A stretch of 35,615 nt of DNA, taken from NCBI GenBank assembly GCA_003693705.1, contig RBZT01000247.1, positions 1-35,615 of the forward strand. Direction: 5' to 3'. This document shows positions 1 through 11,610 of this stretch, piece after piece; positions within the stretch are counted from its first letter, which is position 1; every line of letters starts with the position of its first letter. A model generated the notes under the pieces. That model saw only the letters and a list, made by a program, of their open reading frames with translations. It was not told where the DNA came from and made no database searches. Origin of the DNA: Polymyxa betae A26-41. Taxonomy: Eukaryota > Protista > Endomyxa: Phytomyxea. The position numbers and the translations under genes were made by a program.

Positions 1-119
1 GAGTCAGGGCACAAGGTAGTTCCGCAGTCCGTGACGCAACTTCCGGACCTGATCACTTCCGACGGAATGTCCAAGAGTCTGCCCACAGTCTTCTTAGCGC
101 AGTCGCGCACTTATTGCGA

Positions 120-733
120 CTAGCGGAGAAAATATAGATTGATACACATCAAAATCATGGACCAAATGTGAAATTCGGTCCCGAGGGGTGAATCCATCCT
201 CATTCGTAAATTGGAGACGACAGTCTCACGAATTCGATGAACAGAAGAAGCATCAGCCTCTAAATATTCATCAAATACATGTTCCAGCATCTGGTCCGTG
301 ACACTGTTGCGAGTTGTGCCTTCAGGAAGTTTGTGAGAATGATGGTTCTCCAAAAAGTTCATCAAGCTATCGTCAATCATATACTTGATCGCCACTGGGA
401 AAGCCGTAGCACCAGCTCCTCGTCTATGAGCATCCAGAAGAATGTCGCGATATCGACGAACTTGTTTTTAAATTCAATAATAGATTTGCGATCCATTTTC
501 ATCAACAGAGGAGGTTGCATCGGATGAAACATAACTGCAGTACTCACTGCTGATGATGTAGTTGATGACTGCATGCGAGCGTTATCACCGTACTGACCCA
601 AATTCTCCTCGTCAAAATCCATGCGGTCACTGTCTCGAGTGTTCCCATCCCTCTGAGTATTCAACCGATTTCCCACTCGGTTTAACACTTCTGTAAGAGC
701 TTCCACCGCCGCAGATGCTGCTAATGATGTCAT
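120..733 (-). pseudogene. Degenerate Ty3/gypsy gag-like region (frameshifted)
   Basis: ORFs 377..733 and 120..395 join across a frameshift. 'PPLLMKMDRKSIIEFKNKF' and 'VTDQMLEHVFDEYL...SNLRMRM' loosely resemble the gag at 30689-31235. Lies just downstream of a TG...CA bounded segment. Inference from weak similarity. Confidence 0.5.
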
Positions 734-768
734 AGTATAGCCTTTTTTTAACTACAAAATTTAATTTC

Positions 769-913
769 TGTGTCAGATGTCAACGATACGTTGTTTCCAG
801 GCAGATTAGAATAATGTATTCATTAGTAGGAATAAAGAACATCAAGCTTGGACCCGATTACCGATCTCCATAAGTAGGTCCCGTTCCGATCATTCATATA
901 GTCCGTCACCACA
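769..913 (-). repeat. Putative short (~145 bp) 5' LTR
   Basis: On the minus strand it begins TGTGGTGA and ends TCTGACACA (TGTG...CACA), ~35 bp upstream of the gag-like ATG at 733. No second copy in the window. Confidence 0.3.
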
Positions 914-1134
914 GAATGGCCGTAAGCTGCTATCCACCACACTATCGGACAAACGCAATAACGTTTTCTGCGTACGCACTTTTGTATTTAGTTTGCAACA
1001 ACCCGGTCAGATTATGACAGTTAAGATGTCCGCGACGGTACTCCCAAGACTTTTAGAAAATGGATATGGATGATGAAAAAAACCAATTTGGAATTAGTAT
1101 GGCCTATATTATTTTTTTTTCAAATTATTTGTGA

Positions 1135-1711
1135 TTGCCTATCTTGAGTTCTGATACCTTGCCTCAGATAAAGCCTGAGGAAAGGTGGGACGGTTGGCAA
1201 GTCCTAGATCCTTCCATGACGATTGACGGCGTTGACTGTTATCGCACAGAACAGAGGCCCTTGGATAGAGCATATTTCTCCCACAAACTGAATCACTCTG
1301 GTTTACGATACTTAATTGCTTTATCCATGGGTCCTAGCAGAAAAAAAATTGTTTGGTGGGGCGGGGGTGTCCCTTGCGGCGCAAACCCCGACTTAAAACT
1401 GGCCCGCGAGATCTTTATCCAGGTGCTGGACCCAGGAGAAAGAGCTCTTGCTGATTTAGGATTTCAAAATGCACGTTTCTTCAAAAGTCCAATCCCTCTT
1501 GCTGCCAATGATTGGGATAAGTGAGTTTAATATGCAGCACAAAGCAGAAATGGCCTGCCATAAAACAATCAATAAGCGCATTAAACAGTTTGCGATCCTT
1601 GGCGACTTCCGACATGTGGAGGATGCTAAGCACAAGCTAGTCTTTGCTGCAATCGTTAACATTACTCAGTTGTGCCTGGAGGACGAACCTCTGTTCAAAT
1701 CGCATTTCTAA
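1135..1711 (+). pseudogene. Harbinger/ISL2EU-like DDE (DDE_Tnp_4-type) transposase remnant
   Basis: Motifs IDGVDC, YFSHKLNHSGLRY, PCGANPDL, GERALADLGF; after a frameshift near 1510, HKTINKRIKQF...FRH...HKLVFAAIVNITQL. Confidence 0.75.
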
Positions 1712-2213
1712 TTAAATACAGCCTGCCTAGCTTTTAAATGTAATAAAGGAGGTAAATATAGTCTGCACAGAAAAAAATTACCATAAATGATTTTTTATGT
1801 GTGTAAAGTAAACTATAGCTCAGTATTTATGACACGCAAATTCGTATTGTGTTTACTTAAAGCATCTTCCTTGTTCATAACAATATGCAGGAAATGCAGG
1901 AGAAACCCCAACCTCGCTCAACCGCCGAAAGTGACTACGAAAACAATAAAAAGGGCCACACGAACAGCTGCAAAATCCACCCCAGCTGTCATGATACTGC
2001 AGGCGCAGCCTGTGTAGTTTCTTGTTTCTGTAACTGCATTCGAAATAAAGTATCGTTGCATGGTCAACTGAGGATAGCTCAGTTCGATCAACGCCGTTTT
2101 TAAATCAACAACTCAGTTCTCCTTCGTCGTAGCTCTTGCTTCCTTTGTTCCTGTCTTCGTCCTGTTTCTCATACTCTAACGCTATTGTTCTTATATTCTT
2201 AGTTTATTCTACG

Positions 2214-2364
2214 TGTATCGGTTTCGTAACCAATTAAGCAATCTAAGCGCTTAGATTGCTTATAAGCTGGTTCCCAGGAGCCGGAACACATTTTTGTATC
2301 GGTGTGGGAACCAACTAAGCAATCTAAGCGCTTAGATTGCTTAGTTGGTTACGAAACCGATACA
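2214..2364. repeat. Nested inverted repeat with two long perfect palindromes
   Basis: Outer arms TGTATCGGTTTCGTAACCAA / TTGGTTACGAAACCGATACA; 28-bp palindrome at 2235-2262; 42-bp perfect palindrome at 2309-2350 with the same core. Confidence 0.95.
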
Positions 2365-2616
2365 TACGTTGATTCGTAACACCAGCCAGGGCTTAAAATT
2401 TCTTCAAAAAGAATGGAATTTCTCTTAGTATTCCTAAACCAACAAGCAGACTCGCAAGGATTTCGCTTCCGTCGATGCGAAAAAGATGGAGCACGAATTG
2501 ACTCTGCAACATAAGGGCCCATTTGGATGCCACGGAATTTCAAATCCGGTTTTTCCGCAAACTAGTTTTTCCTAATGATAAAACCGGTTTGCGCAAAATA
2601 CGGGTTTACGTAGGTT

Positions 2617-4011
2617 ATGTCACACCAAACGATCATGAGTTCCTCTGATGATGACGAATACGATTCTCTTCAGCGAAGAAATCGAGCTGCGGCATGCCTC
2701 GTAGGAGAGTGGTATGTCCAATCTTACTGTCTCAAGGAGCCATGTCGAACATCGGGGCTCCAAGGAGCCGAATGGGTGATAGAATTAATGAGCGGTAACC
2801 CAGTTCGTATATACGAGACCCTTCGCATGAGTACACCCATTTTTAACAAGCTCAAGCGTGAGCTCGTGATATCGGGAGGTTTGCAGAGTACACGCAATAT
2901 GGATGTCGATGAGATGTTTGCAATTTTTCTCTTTATTGTGTCCCACAGCTCTAAAAATAGGGATGCTCAAGAACGTTTCGAAAGGAGCGGAGAAACTATC
3001 AGTAGGAATGTCAATTTTTGGTTATCTATATGGCCAATAAATTCCCATATTTATTAATATATGCAACAGGGTACTCCATCGGGTTACTGATGCAATTTTC
3101 TCACTGGCAGAAAAATATATCAGATTGCCTAGGCAAGACGAATTATTGCCAGTTATTTGAGATAACCCGAAATTCTTTCCTTTTTTTAAGACTGCCGGAT
3201 GGCCCTGGATGGGACTCACATTCCAGCGTTTGTTCCATCCAGTCCAGCACATCCTTATAGGAATAGGAAGGGATTCTTGAGCCAGAACGTCCTGGCTGCT
3301 TGCTCTTTTGATTTATTGTTCACCTATGTATGTGCTGGCCGGCCGAATGGGAAGGATCTGCCGCAGATAGCTCTATTCTATCCGACGCCTACACGAAAAG
3401 ACTTACAGTTCCTGAAGGAAAATACGACCTGGGCGATGCAGGGTTTGGCTTAGCAACGAAGCAAGTAGCTTCGCTGTCAAGTAACTCCCTATCGAGGCGT
3501 ACGATATCACTTAAGGGAATGGAAGCAAGGCAAAAGCAAGTAGGTTACCGAGCGGCGGGCAGCGTTCTGCCTCACACTCCCAAACAGCTGATTGTATATA
3601 GACCGCAAGATTATACAGAGCTCTTCAGTCTTCGACATTCGCAAGCAAGAAATGCCATTGAGCGTATTTTTGGCATTCTTAAAAAGAGATTTCCAATTGT
3701 CGTGCAGGCACCAGAATTTTCGCTGCAGATGCAGTCGAAATCGGTAATTGCATGCTGCGTCCTGCATAATTTCGTAAGAATTTCCAGAGGTATTGGGGAA
3801 TACTTCGAAGACCTGGTATCACACGTACAGTTTCAATAATAGTCAATTTACCTCAATCAATAGGCTAAAACCGACAATCTTGAAACTGATACAGCCGTCG
3901 GCGAACCCTCCAGCCGTTTTGATGAACCTACACAAGCGAAAGATTTCAGAGACAGGATTGCAAAGGAGATGTGGCTGCAATACGAAGCTGCGCAGTCAAA
4001 ACAAACGTTAG
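2617..4011 (+). pseudogene. Harbinger (HARBI1-like) transposase with introns and frameshifts
   Basis: LRMSTPIFNKL, DAQERFERSGETISR, ALDGTHIP, YRNRKGFLSQNVLAACSFD, WEGSAADS, DAGF, ARNAIERIFGILKKRF, CCVLHNF, spread over several frames. Confidence 0.88.
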
Positions 4012-4257
4012 TTCATTGTAGGATACTGAATGTAAATTTAGATGCAGCTGATATCAGCTCCGATCTCACTGTAAAGCCAGAAAGCCAGTAGCATCAGCGA
4101 TGCGGCTAGCGCTTCGCTCTCTTCCTCTGCGGGGTCAGATTTTGACCTGGGAAATAGGCTTCATCTTAGGGTCGCTCGTCCTCAACGTGTGATGGAATAG
4201 CCAAGCACGATTGCTCGATCGCCGGTGATCGTTTTTATGTCAGTAAAAATATTAGAT

Positions 4258-5416
4258 TCAAATATTGCTGAGGTCATCCCCGATCTCACTCATCAGCCAC
4301 AACTTCCGACAACGATTGGCCGGCATCGCGACGAACACTGCTGCCTTCGCTTTATCGGTCATCAGGCTGTATGCCTTCACAGTCTGCATATCTGTTAAAC
4401 AATCGCTGTATTGCTGGGTCAAGAGTTGGATAGCTCTCTCGTGAACGGTAGGAGCCATCGCTGTTGAAAGATTATTAATCGCGTTAGCGATTCGGCTGGC
4501 TCAAGATGGCCGGTCACGGGCAGCTGGTTTCAAAGTCTGTGGAGAAGGCGATGGAATTTCCCGACACTGCTGTTGGTGGGAGATTTTCGCCTTTTTCGAA
4601 ATCGATGCTGTGAGATGGGCATCCACCTTAACAGCGGCGTGAATATCGGCTGCAGGTGTTACCGGAGCCTTGTTTTGGCCAAGGCATATCCGTTTTGCCG
4701 GCGTTCGTGCCTGACAAAGCGATACCGAACTCTCGTCATCGTCGTCAGACTCTGACGATTGGGCTCCATTGTTAAAGGCACTATCAATAATGTCATCAAT
4801 TTCCTCTCGCGATCGCCCATCATTTGACACAGGTGGAGATGCAAGTGGAAATCCTAAGCTAACTGATGATACAGCACGGGAGCCTGTCGCCAAGTTGTCA
4901 CTGAACAGAGCATTAAGCTCATCATACAACGGTAACGTGAAGTATCGATATTGTTTCGCCTTCGGATGGCTCTATTCAACTTGTTGAAGGCAAACGCGAT
5001 TTTATAGGGTAAATATACCAGACCTCGACGTAATCATTCCAGACTTTAGCTTCGGCTATAGGTAAGTTTCTAACGGTATCCCATCCCCAGCCCGAATTCT
5101 CTTTGAGCAGTTGAAAGATAGTGTACGAAGCTTTCAGCTGACACACATGCCAATTAGTTACTTCCAAACTTTCATAGTTTATCTATTGGAAATACCTGGT
5201 TATTACGTGTTTTCAACTGTTCACGATCATAGCTTAAACTATATTTGATATTAAACTGAGAGGTCACCTCTGTCCATGCCTCTTTTTTAAAGCCACTATC
5301 TGCCTTCTTGCCTTGATTCGCTTGGTTTTGAAGCAAGGAAATAAGCAGAGAGTCCCTTTCTTGGTCCCAAAGACCCAAACATCCCGGGAAGTTTTGGCCT
5401 CGGTTTTCGTTTTCAT
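4258..5416 (-). pseudogene. Harbinger accessory Myb/SANT-like DNA-binding protein (spliced, frameshifted)
   Basis: WDQERDSLLISLL...GKKADSGFKKEAW...QLK, SGWGWD...VWNDYVE, YDELNALFS; C-terminal AAVFVAMP...KLWL. Convergent with the transposase. Confidence 0.82.
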
Positions 5417-5647
5417 GATTGCTGAAACGGAGACAAAATTGAGAGAAATAAGGAGCTCGGAAATCGGATTTGCGTGGGAAATCCTGGTCGGAATAGAACT
5501 TTGAAAATCCCGATTCCGCTCTCGAAATCGGGATTTTCAAAATCGGTTTCTCGGCAGCCAAACGTGTCATTTCTACACCAAATCCCGATTTCACGCAAAA
5601 TCCGTCCTCGGAATCTGGATTTTGCGTGGCTTCCAAACGCGCCCTAA

Positions 5648-5809
5648 ACATGATATTGAGTACGACGGAAGCTGGAAGAGCAAAGTAGTGCACACAACCA
5701 GCTGCTCGCTACAAAAGTGGCAAAAGCCAACCTCGTTGCTAGTTTAATGGCGACATGTGCTACAATAGAACAAATCTAGCAAGCCTTACAGCTTGCATTC
5801 GACAACTAG
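5648..5809 (+). pseudogene. C-terminal relic of an older Harbinger accessory gene split by the 2515-5644 element
   Basis: Translates HNQLLATKVAKANLVASLMATCATIEQI*QALQLAFDN*, which aligns by eye with the C-terminus of ORF 20510..21844 (NDHRLATQIAKGNFIADLMKCGRSVTEIKEMVSMVFHDS*). Confidence 0.55.
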
Positions 5810-6749
5810 CGTGTAAAGTGTAAACATTAAATAATAAAATCGTACTCATTTTGGACAATTCGAACTGGACGCGGAAGAGCGTCCGAGACGACGTCCGAAT
5901 CAAGCTGGCTTCAGAAACGTCACTGGACTGTTCATTAGAAGCGTGTTGTTGATTATCCTGGCTGCGAGTGAAAACCATACATGGATAGTTCGATGAAACT
6001 GCTAAGAATTGATGTAACAATTGGTGCTGAAAGTCAACAGCAAATAATTACAAAGAGACAGAAACAAGATTCAATAAAAAACGGGAGTTGATCGAGCAGA
6101 GAACTATTCTCAGTTCGATCTGCAATTCAAATCCGTATAGAACTGTGTGACAATTCTATACGAGTGAGTTGCAATTGACCAATGAGGAAGTATTTGTAGG
6201 AGATGGACAGGTCTAATTCATTCAATCATATCACCCTTAATTAACTAGATCGCCTTCATTTTGGATTCTATCGCTGGTGCCTCCATTGCAACGAATGAAT
6301 AATGACAAGGTCCTGTTGATTAGCACAGGACAAAGCTTTTCAGCATTCCAAAGACCCTCTCGATCATATTGTGTACGTTTGCATGCCTGACCTTCAATAA
6401 CGTACTTTCGATTCTCTCTGGCCTACAGTGCGGGAAGTCTTAAACCGACAACTTTTGTATGGGAGTTCTTGGGTGTTTATTGGGGCCTCCGGACTAGGTC
6501 CGGAACAAAAACCATGCTCATAAATCGAATGATCTCATCGTTTAGAAAAGATCTATGAAGAAATTTTTGAAAAATTGTAAATTCCTGAGTCTATAATGCG
6601 GACTTTATTTGTATGAGAATCAGTAGTCATGAGACTTGTATGGGCAAAACACGTTGTTAAACAGCGCAGCCCTACGCGGAGCCTCTGCGGAGCCTCGGCG
6701 CAACCCTCTCCATTTCCAGTGTGCATCTGATTCAAATTCCCCGACCATT

Positions 6750-6960
6750 TCAGCGAGACTATTCTTGGAAGACGTTGCAAACAACCGTTCCTTTAGAATT
6801 GAATTCGGTGCCGTTATCTACTATCTGCCGATTTGCACGCAAAAGTGAGCGCTACATGGACGCTTATCGTTTAAAAAGAAGGGAACGTGAGGTTAACACC
6901 AGCGCAGGTTGAAATATGCAGTGAAGAAGTACCGATCCCATCGGCGGATCCTCGAGAAAA
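6750..6960 (+). pseudogene. C-terminal remnant of an IS630/Tc1-like DDE transposase
   Basis: DYSWKTLQTTVPLELNSVPLSTICRFARKSERYMDAYR followed in shifted frames by LTPAQVEYAVKKYRSHRR, a tail I recognise from eukaryotic Tc1-like transposases. No TIRs identified. Confidence 0.6.
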
Positions 6961-7933
6961 TTCTAGAACTCTAAGAATTTGCGGCGCGGCCTCTTGTTTC
7001 GAGATAGATTTGAGACAAATTGTCGGTTTAAGACTTCCCGCACTGTATCCGCGTTTTAAATTAATGGTTGGTCCGGTGGAATTATTGAATTACTTGGCAG
7101 AACCCTGCTGATATTCTTTTAATTGATATCGTGTTCCTCTACAATACGTCAGCAAGTCAGTCGTTAAACTAAATCCAGCATCGTTCAGATCAAACTTTCC
7201 TATTGAAAATGTCAATGACACCTTGATGATTATAGCTTATATTCAAGTCTTAAACCATCATAAATACTGTATAACCTCTATAAACTACCATCAATCTCCC
7301 ATCAGCAGCAGCTCCTTCAGCACCTATGTAAAATTCAAGCTACTTGCCGCAACAATTTTCTAATGTATTTCTTTACGGCCGCGAAAACGATCTGCTTCGG
7401 CAAGGTACTGCAATGAGCAAATGCGCTCCCTCGACAGCCATCCGAAAGTTTTAAATTGTGGAAATAATCTGGAATTGCGACTGGTATTTAAAGAGTTGAA
7501 CTGCATGGATTTTGGTTGGAAGCTTAACTAGGCCCAAATCCCTATTAATCATTAAATAGCCTCCTGATTATATCAGGAGAATGTTGATATTAACACTGCA
7601 ATGAACGGTTATACATGCCATTATATGCAGTAAATATACAACAAACATATCTATCATTTTCTTGCATACAAACTCTCTAATTCTTCTCGACCACTTCAAT
7701 CACTTGTAGTTCGATGATAAGATTGTGGAAGATGAAGCGATTCATCCCAAAACTGTGGATTTACAGATTGGATATTGCAATAATGACATAATTGCATGAT
7801 TGGCATCCAAACCGAGATCGAAATGATTGTTGTCATTTTGACAAATAAAATCTAATATAAGAAGGGATGGTTGCATTTCCATTCAATCAAGTAATCAATA
7901 TAATCCCATCTGAACTAAATCTGTATTTATTGC

Positions 7934-9116
7934 TCAAGCACAATGCGATTTTGGGGGGCGAGAAGCATCGGTTGGTCTTTGTGAAGAACTCGAATCTACT
8001 AGATTCGGTTGTTGAAACGGTTGGCGATCCTCAACCGAGGCAAAAGATATAACGTTTGATTTGAGAAATGATGGTGCCAGGGCTAATAAAGCTAGAAGAA
8101 TCAATTGAATGATATTTGTCCAATCAAATACACTACTGGCATTGGTCATAGTTCCCAACAATCCACCAGCTTTTGTGGTAAATAAATTATAAGGGAATAG
8201 ACCTAGATTGACCAATTTCAATATCCTGTCGATAAATTCAAGTACATTACCAAACAGGTTAGATAGAAGGAAATGAGGAAATGGTACACCTACAATTGGT
8301 GATGCTAAATTGAGAAGGAAATTGGGAGTGAATGGAAATATACGTAATGATATTAAATATATTAGTCTATAGAAGCAATGGTTTTTATACTGAATAATAC
8401 AACCCTGATTAAAATCTTACAGATTAGATCTATGTTTTTGAAAAGCATGTCGCACTTGAACAATTCGCTGACCAAAGATCCTATTTGCAAGACGTTTACC
8501 AAACAAGCTTGACATTAAATAACATAATGTCGTTCCACAGACTAAAACGACATCAGCTCCCTGATTTATGGATAAAGTAAATATTACCTGTTAATAGACA
8601 GACCAAGGGTAAGGCACGACTAAATCCGAATAAAGCACCAGCAAACAGATTTCTACATCATGATAAGATTATTATTAATATATAGAGGAGTATAGGAGAT
8701 TACAGAAGTAATGAGCCAGGAATCTATCATATTTCATACTTAACAATCATTATATTTGCCTTACAAATGAACCTTACACAAAATGCCTGTTTGAATATGT
8801 AGATGGAAATAAAGGCCAAAGTAATATATACCCAGAGCTGATACCGAACATTGGGCTCAGCAATTGACAATGCATGATTGAGTGTTTCATGCAGGTTTTG
8901 GGCTGATTGCAAATCATCTGATAATGGTGAGAACAATGAAATGATGGTAGTTTGGAGCTGCTAACTAGGAAATGAGATATGATGTTGGAAATCTTGTAGG
9001 ACAATAGCAAGATGATGTGCTGCCTGACCTAATGTATAAATAACAAGAGATATAGCTATACATAGACATGTAAAGATAGAACAAACATCTCCAGCTAAAT
9101 ATGAAGATGATGACAT
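7934..9116 (-). CDS. TMEM41: TMEM41/VTT (SNARE-associated Golgi, DedA family) membrane protein, multi-exon
   Basis: Exons encode YIFKQAF, FAGALFG, YLISLRIFPFTPNSFLNLASPIVGVP, GLFPYNLFTTKAGGLL. Ends approximate. Confidence 0.85.
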
Positions 9117-9187
9117 AGAGTATGTAGTAGTGCGATATTATATGATAATATTACTATATAGGAGGTATATACTGCATATCAATGACT

Positions 9188-11007
9188 TTATTCTCTACAT
9201 TGTTGGTCTGAAATCACACAGCTCATGGCACCTATAAATTCACAGATATTGATACACATTCTCTATAATCAAGTTAGTCGTCCACATATGAACGTGATCA
9301 AACTCATACATTGAGATACAGCGAATGAGCTTGAACAGGTAATCTTCTTAATGAACGCCCACTTGCTCCAGATAATAACCGACATAATTCTAATAATTTA
9401 CTACATGCAGGATCTTTACTTGTTTTACATGTCAAATACGATGTAACTTGAGCTGTATCTTCTGCAATTACTCCAATTCGAATCAACTCGTTCAAACAGG
9501 AACGAAGGATTTCATAACGGGCAGATTCTGAAGGTGGTCCAATATGCAATTTAATATCAGATCTATCAAGAAAAGCGATATCTAAACCTTGTTTACATAC
9601 TGTGTTAGTGATGATGTACAATCATACCTATTGCTTGTGTTAAATTTGATGTACAACAAATAAACACATTCTGATGTGATCTCAATTGATCCAGTTGAGT
9701 AAGAAGTGCATTAACAGCACGAATGGAATCTGATGGCTCAGATCCAGATAGTGCAGCTTGTCGAGCTCCAGCAAGACTTTCAACTTCATCAAGAAGCAAA
9801 ATAACTAATGATGATGTATCCGATACCAGATCATGAATTCTGATATATATATAAAGATACTAGATTCACACGATCATACAATGACGCTTACTTTTGAAAC
9901 AGCTTCAAAACCAATTTGCCACTTTCACTGAACCATTTCGAGAATAAACTATGTGCATTAATATTCACTAATTGACAATGTGGATATCGATTGGATAGCC
10001 GGATTGAGAGCTTCTGAGCTAATCCTAAACAATTGAGACGAGTTCAAAAAATTGAGATGAAATACGTGTCAAATTCCAACCTGTACTTAAGGAGGTTTTT
10101 CCACTGCCTATCCAGAAGAAATTATTACGATCAACAGACAGCAAGCAATAAAAAGGTATTAAATACCTGGAGGTCCATGAAGCAAAATCATACGGTTCAA
10201 GTTAATAATTCTGGGATTTACTTTTAAATCAGCGAATTGCATTGCTGTGATAAACTTCAATTGGCATGGAAACGCATGACACGATTTAGTACTACCAGTG
10301 GATGCATAGTTTAACAGTCGTTGCTTGACATTATCTTCAAATATTAAGCTTGAGACCAATTAACAAGAACGAACTCAATATACGGTATGACTTACTTCTC
10401 CCAAATTTGATCAAATTCAACCTAAACTGATATTATAATAAAGAAGTTTGATTGAAACACTGAAACAAACATTGGGCAATGAATACATGGAACATGCAAC
10501 AACGTCATCATCATTATCAGCCATCTCTTCAGCAACTGGATCTTGATTTAACTGAAAGACATGAATAGCTAATTGAGCTGCCCATAATGGAACACATTCA
10601 ACTTGATCTGGTAATGATCTAGAATTGAATCATTTAAAGCGGATATAGAAATGCAATAACTTAAAGATACACATAAGCAGATTGTATGAACTGGTGCAAA
10701 AGTGGATCTTCATGGAAATTTAATGGTCCAGATGTAAATACAGCTGTTAAATCTCGTATATATGCATATAGTCGAACTTCAATGGCTCCTGGATCACATG
10801 TACAGTCCTGTTTTATACAGACTTCCACTGTTCAAATCTAGTCTGAGCATTTTTATGAAATTATTCTATGATGAGATCCTGACCATGGACTTGTGTAAGG
10901 TTATGACTTCTATGATGATCCGGTTCCTTATTGAAGTGAATAGATTGATCTGGTATAGATGATATAGATGAAGTTATATCAGCATGTACATCATCAATAC
11001 TGCACAT
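9188..11007 (-). CDS. PCH2: Pachytene checkpoint protein 2 / TRIP13 AAA+ ATPase, multi-exon
   Basis: Spliced HVEVC N-terminus, [83 protein letters not shown]. Confidence 0.95.
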
Positions 11008-11113
11008 ATTACTATACTGTATTCAATATAAAAGAGTTCCGCACCCTCCTTACACTCTATATAAGTATCTATTATTTCAACTTACTACATCATATTAACT
11101 AAATAGGTATTTA

Positions 11114-11500
11114 TTATCCAATACATTCCAGTCGCCTTCTTTTCTGAAATCTTGTTCTGTCAGGATCGCGCCAAACACAACCGTTTTGAATACGAAAGTT
11201 AAATAGCTCGCCACGAGTTTCGCCTTCTCTAAGGCAACCATTCAGAGCCCAAATCGTATCGATTTCGGAACTGGTGCTTAATATTCTTGTCCGTTTCGGT
11301 GCAGGACTGGAATGGAAAATAGTATCAGAACTAGGGAGATTGTAATCAGAACATAATGGAGATATTGGTGAGAAGATTGATATAAATGAAGGTGGAGACA
11401 TGGGAATCCCATCTGATATTGGTAATTGATCAGGACATGCTGGTTCATCTCCTGGATATGATATCGAGATATCTTCATTAATGTTCATCAAAAAAGACAT
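11114..11500 (-). CDS. Hypothetical 128-aa Ser/Pro-rich protein with basic C-terminus
   Basis: ATG-initiated ORF filling the gap between HOOK-like and PCH2 genes on the same strand; no recognised domain. Confidence 0.5.
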   Translation of the reverse strand: MSFLMNINEDISISYPGDEPACPDQLPISDGIPMSPPSFISIFSPISPLCSDYNLPSSDTIFHSSPAPKRTRILSTSSEIDTIWALNGCLREGETRGELFNFRIQNGCVWRDPDRTRFQKRRRLECIG

Positions 11501-11610
11501 TCTAAAGCTTCAACGATGTTGCTTGTTCTAACATCGAATGATGCAGGGAACGGGAACGTTCACGTTCATTCACAGAGTGAGCTGCTTCATTAACATGACA
11601 CAATTGTACT

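Larger units (their letters stand above)
2515..5644. mobile_element. Full-length PIF/Harbinger DNA transposon (decayed)
   Basis: TIRs GGGCCCATTTGGATGCCACG versus revcomp GGGCGCGTTTGGAAGCCACG (17/20); TAA TSD at 2512-2514 and 5645-5647; convergent transposase and Myb/SANT genes. Confidence 0.92.
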
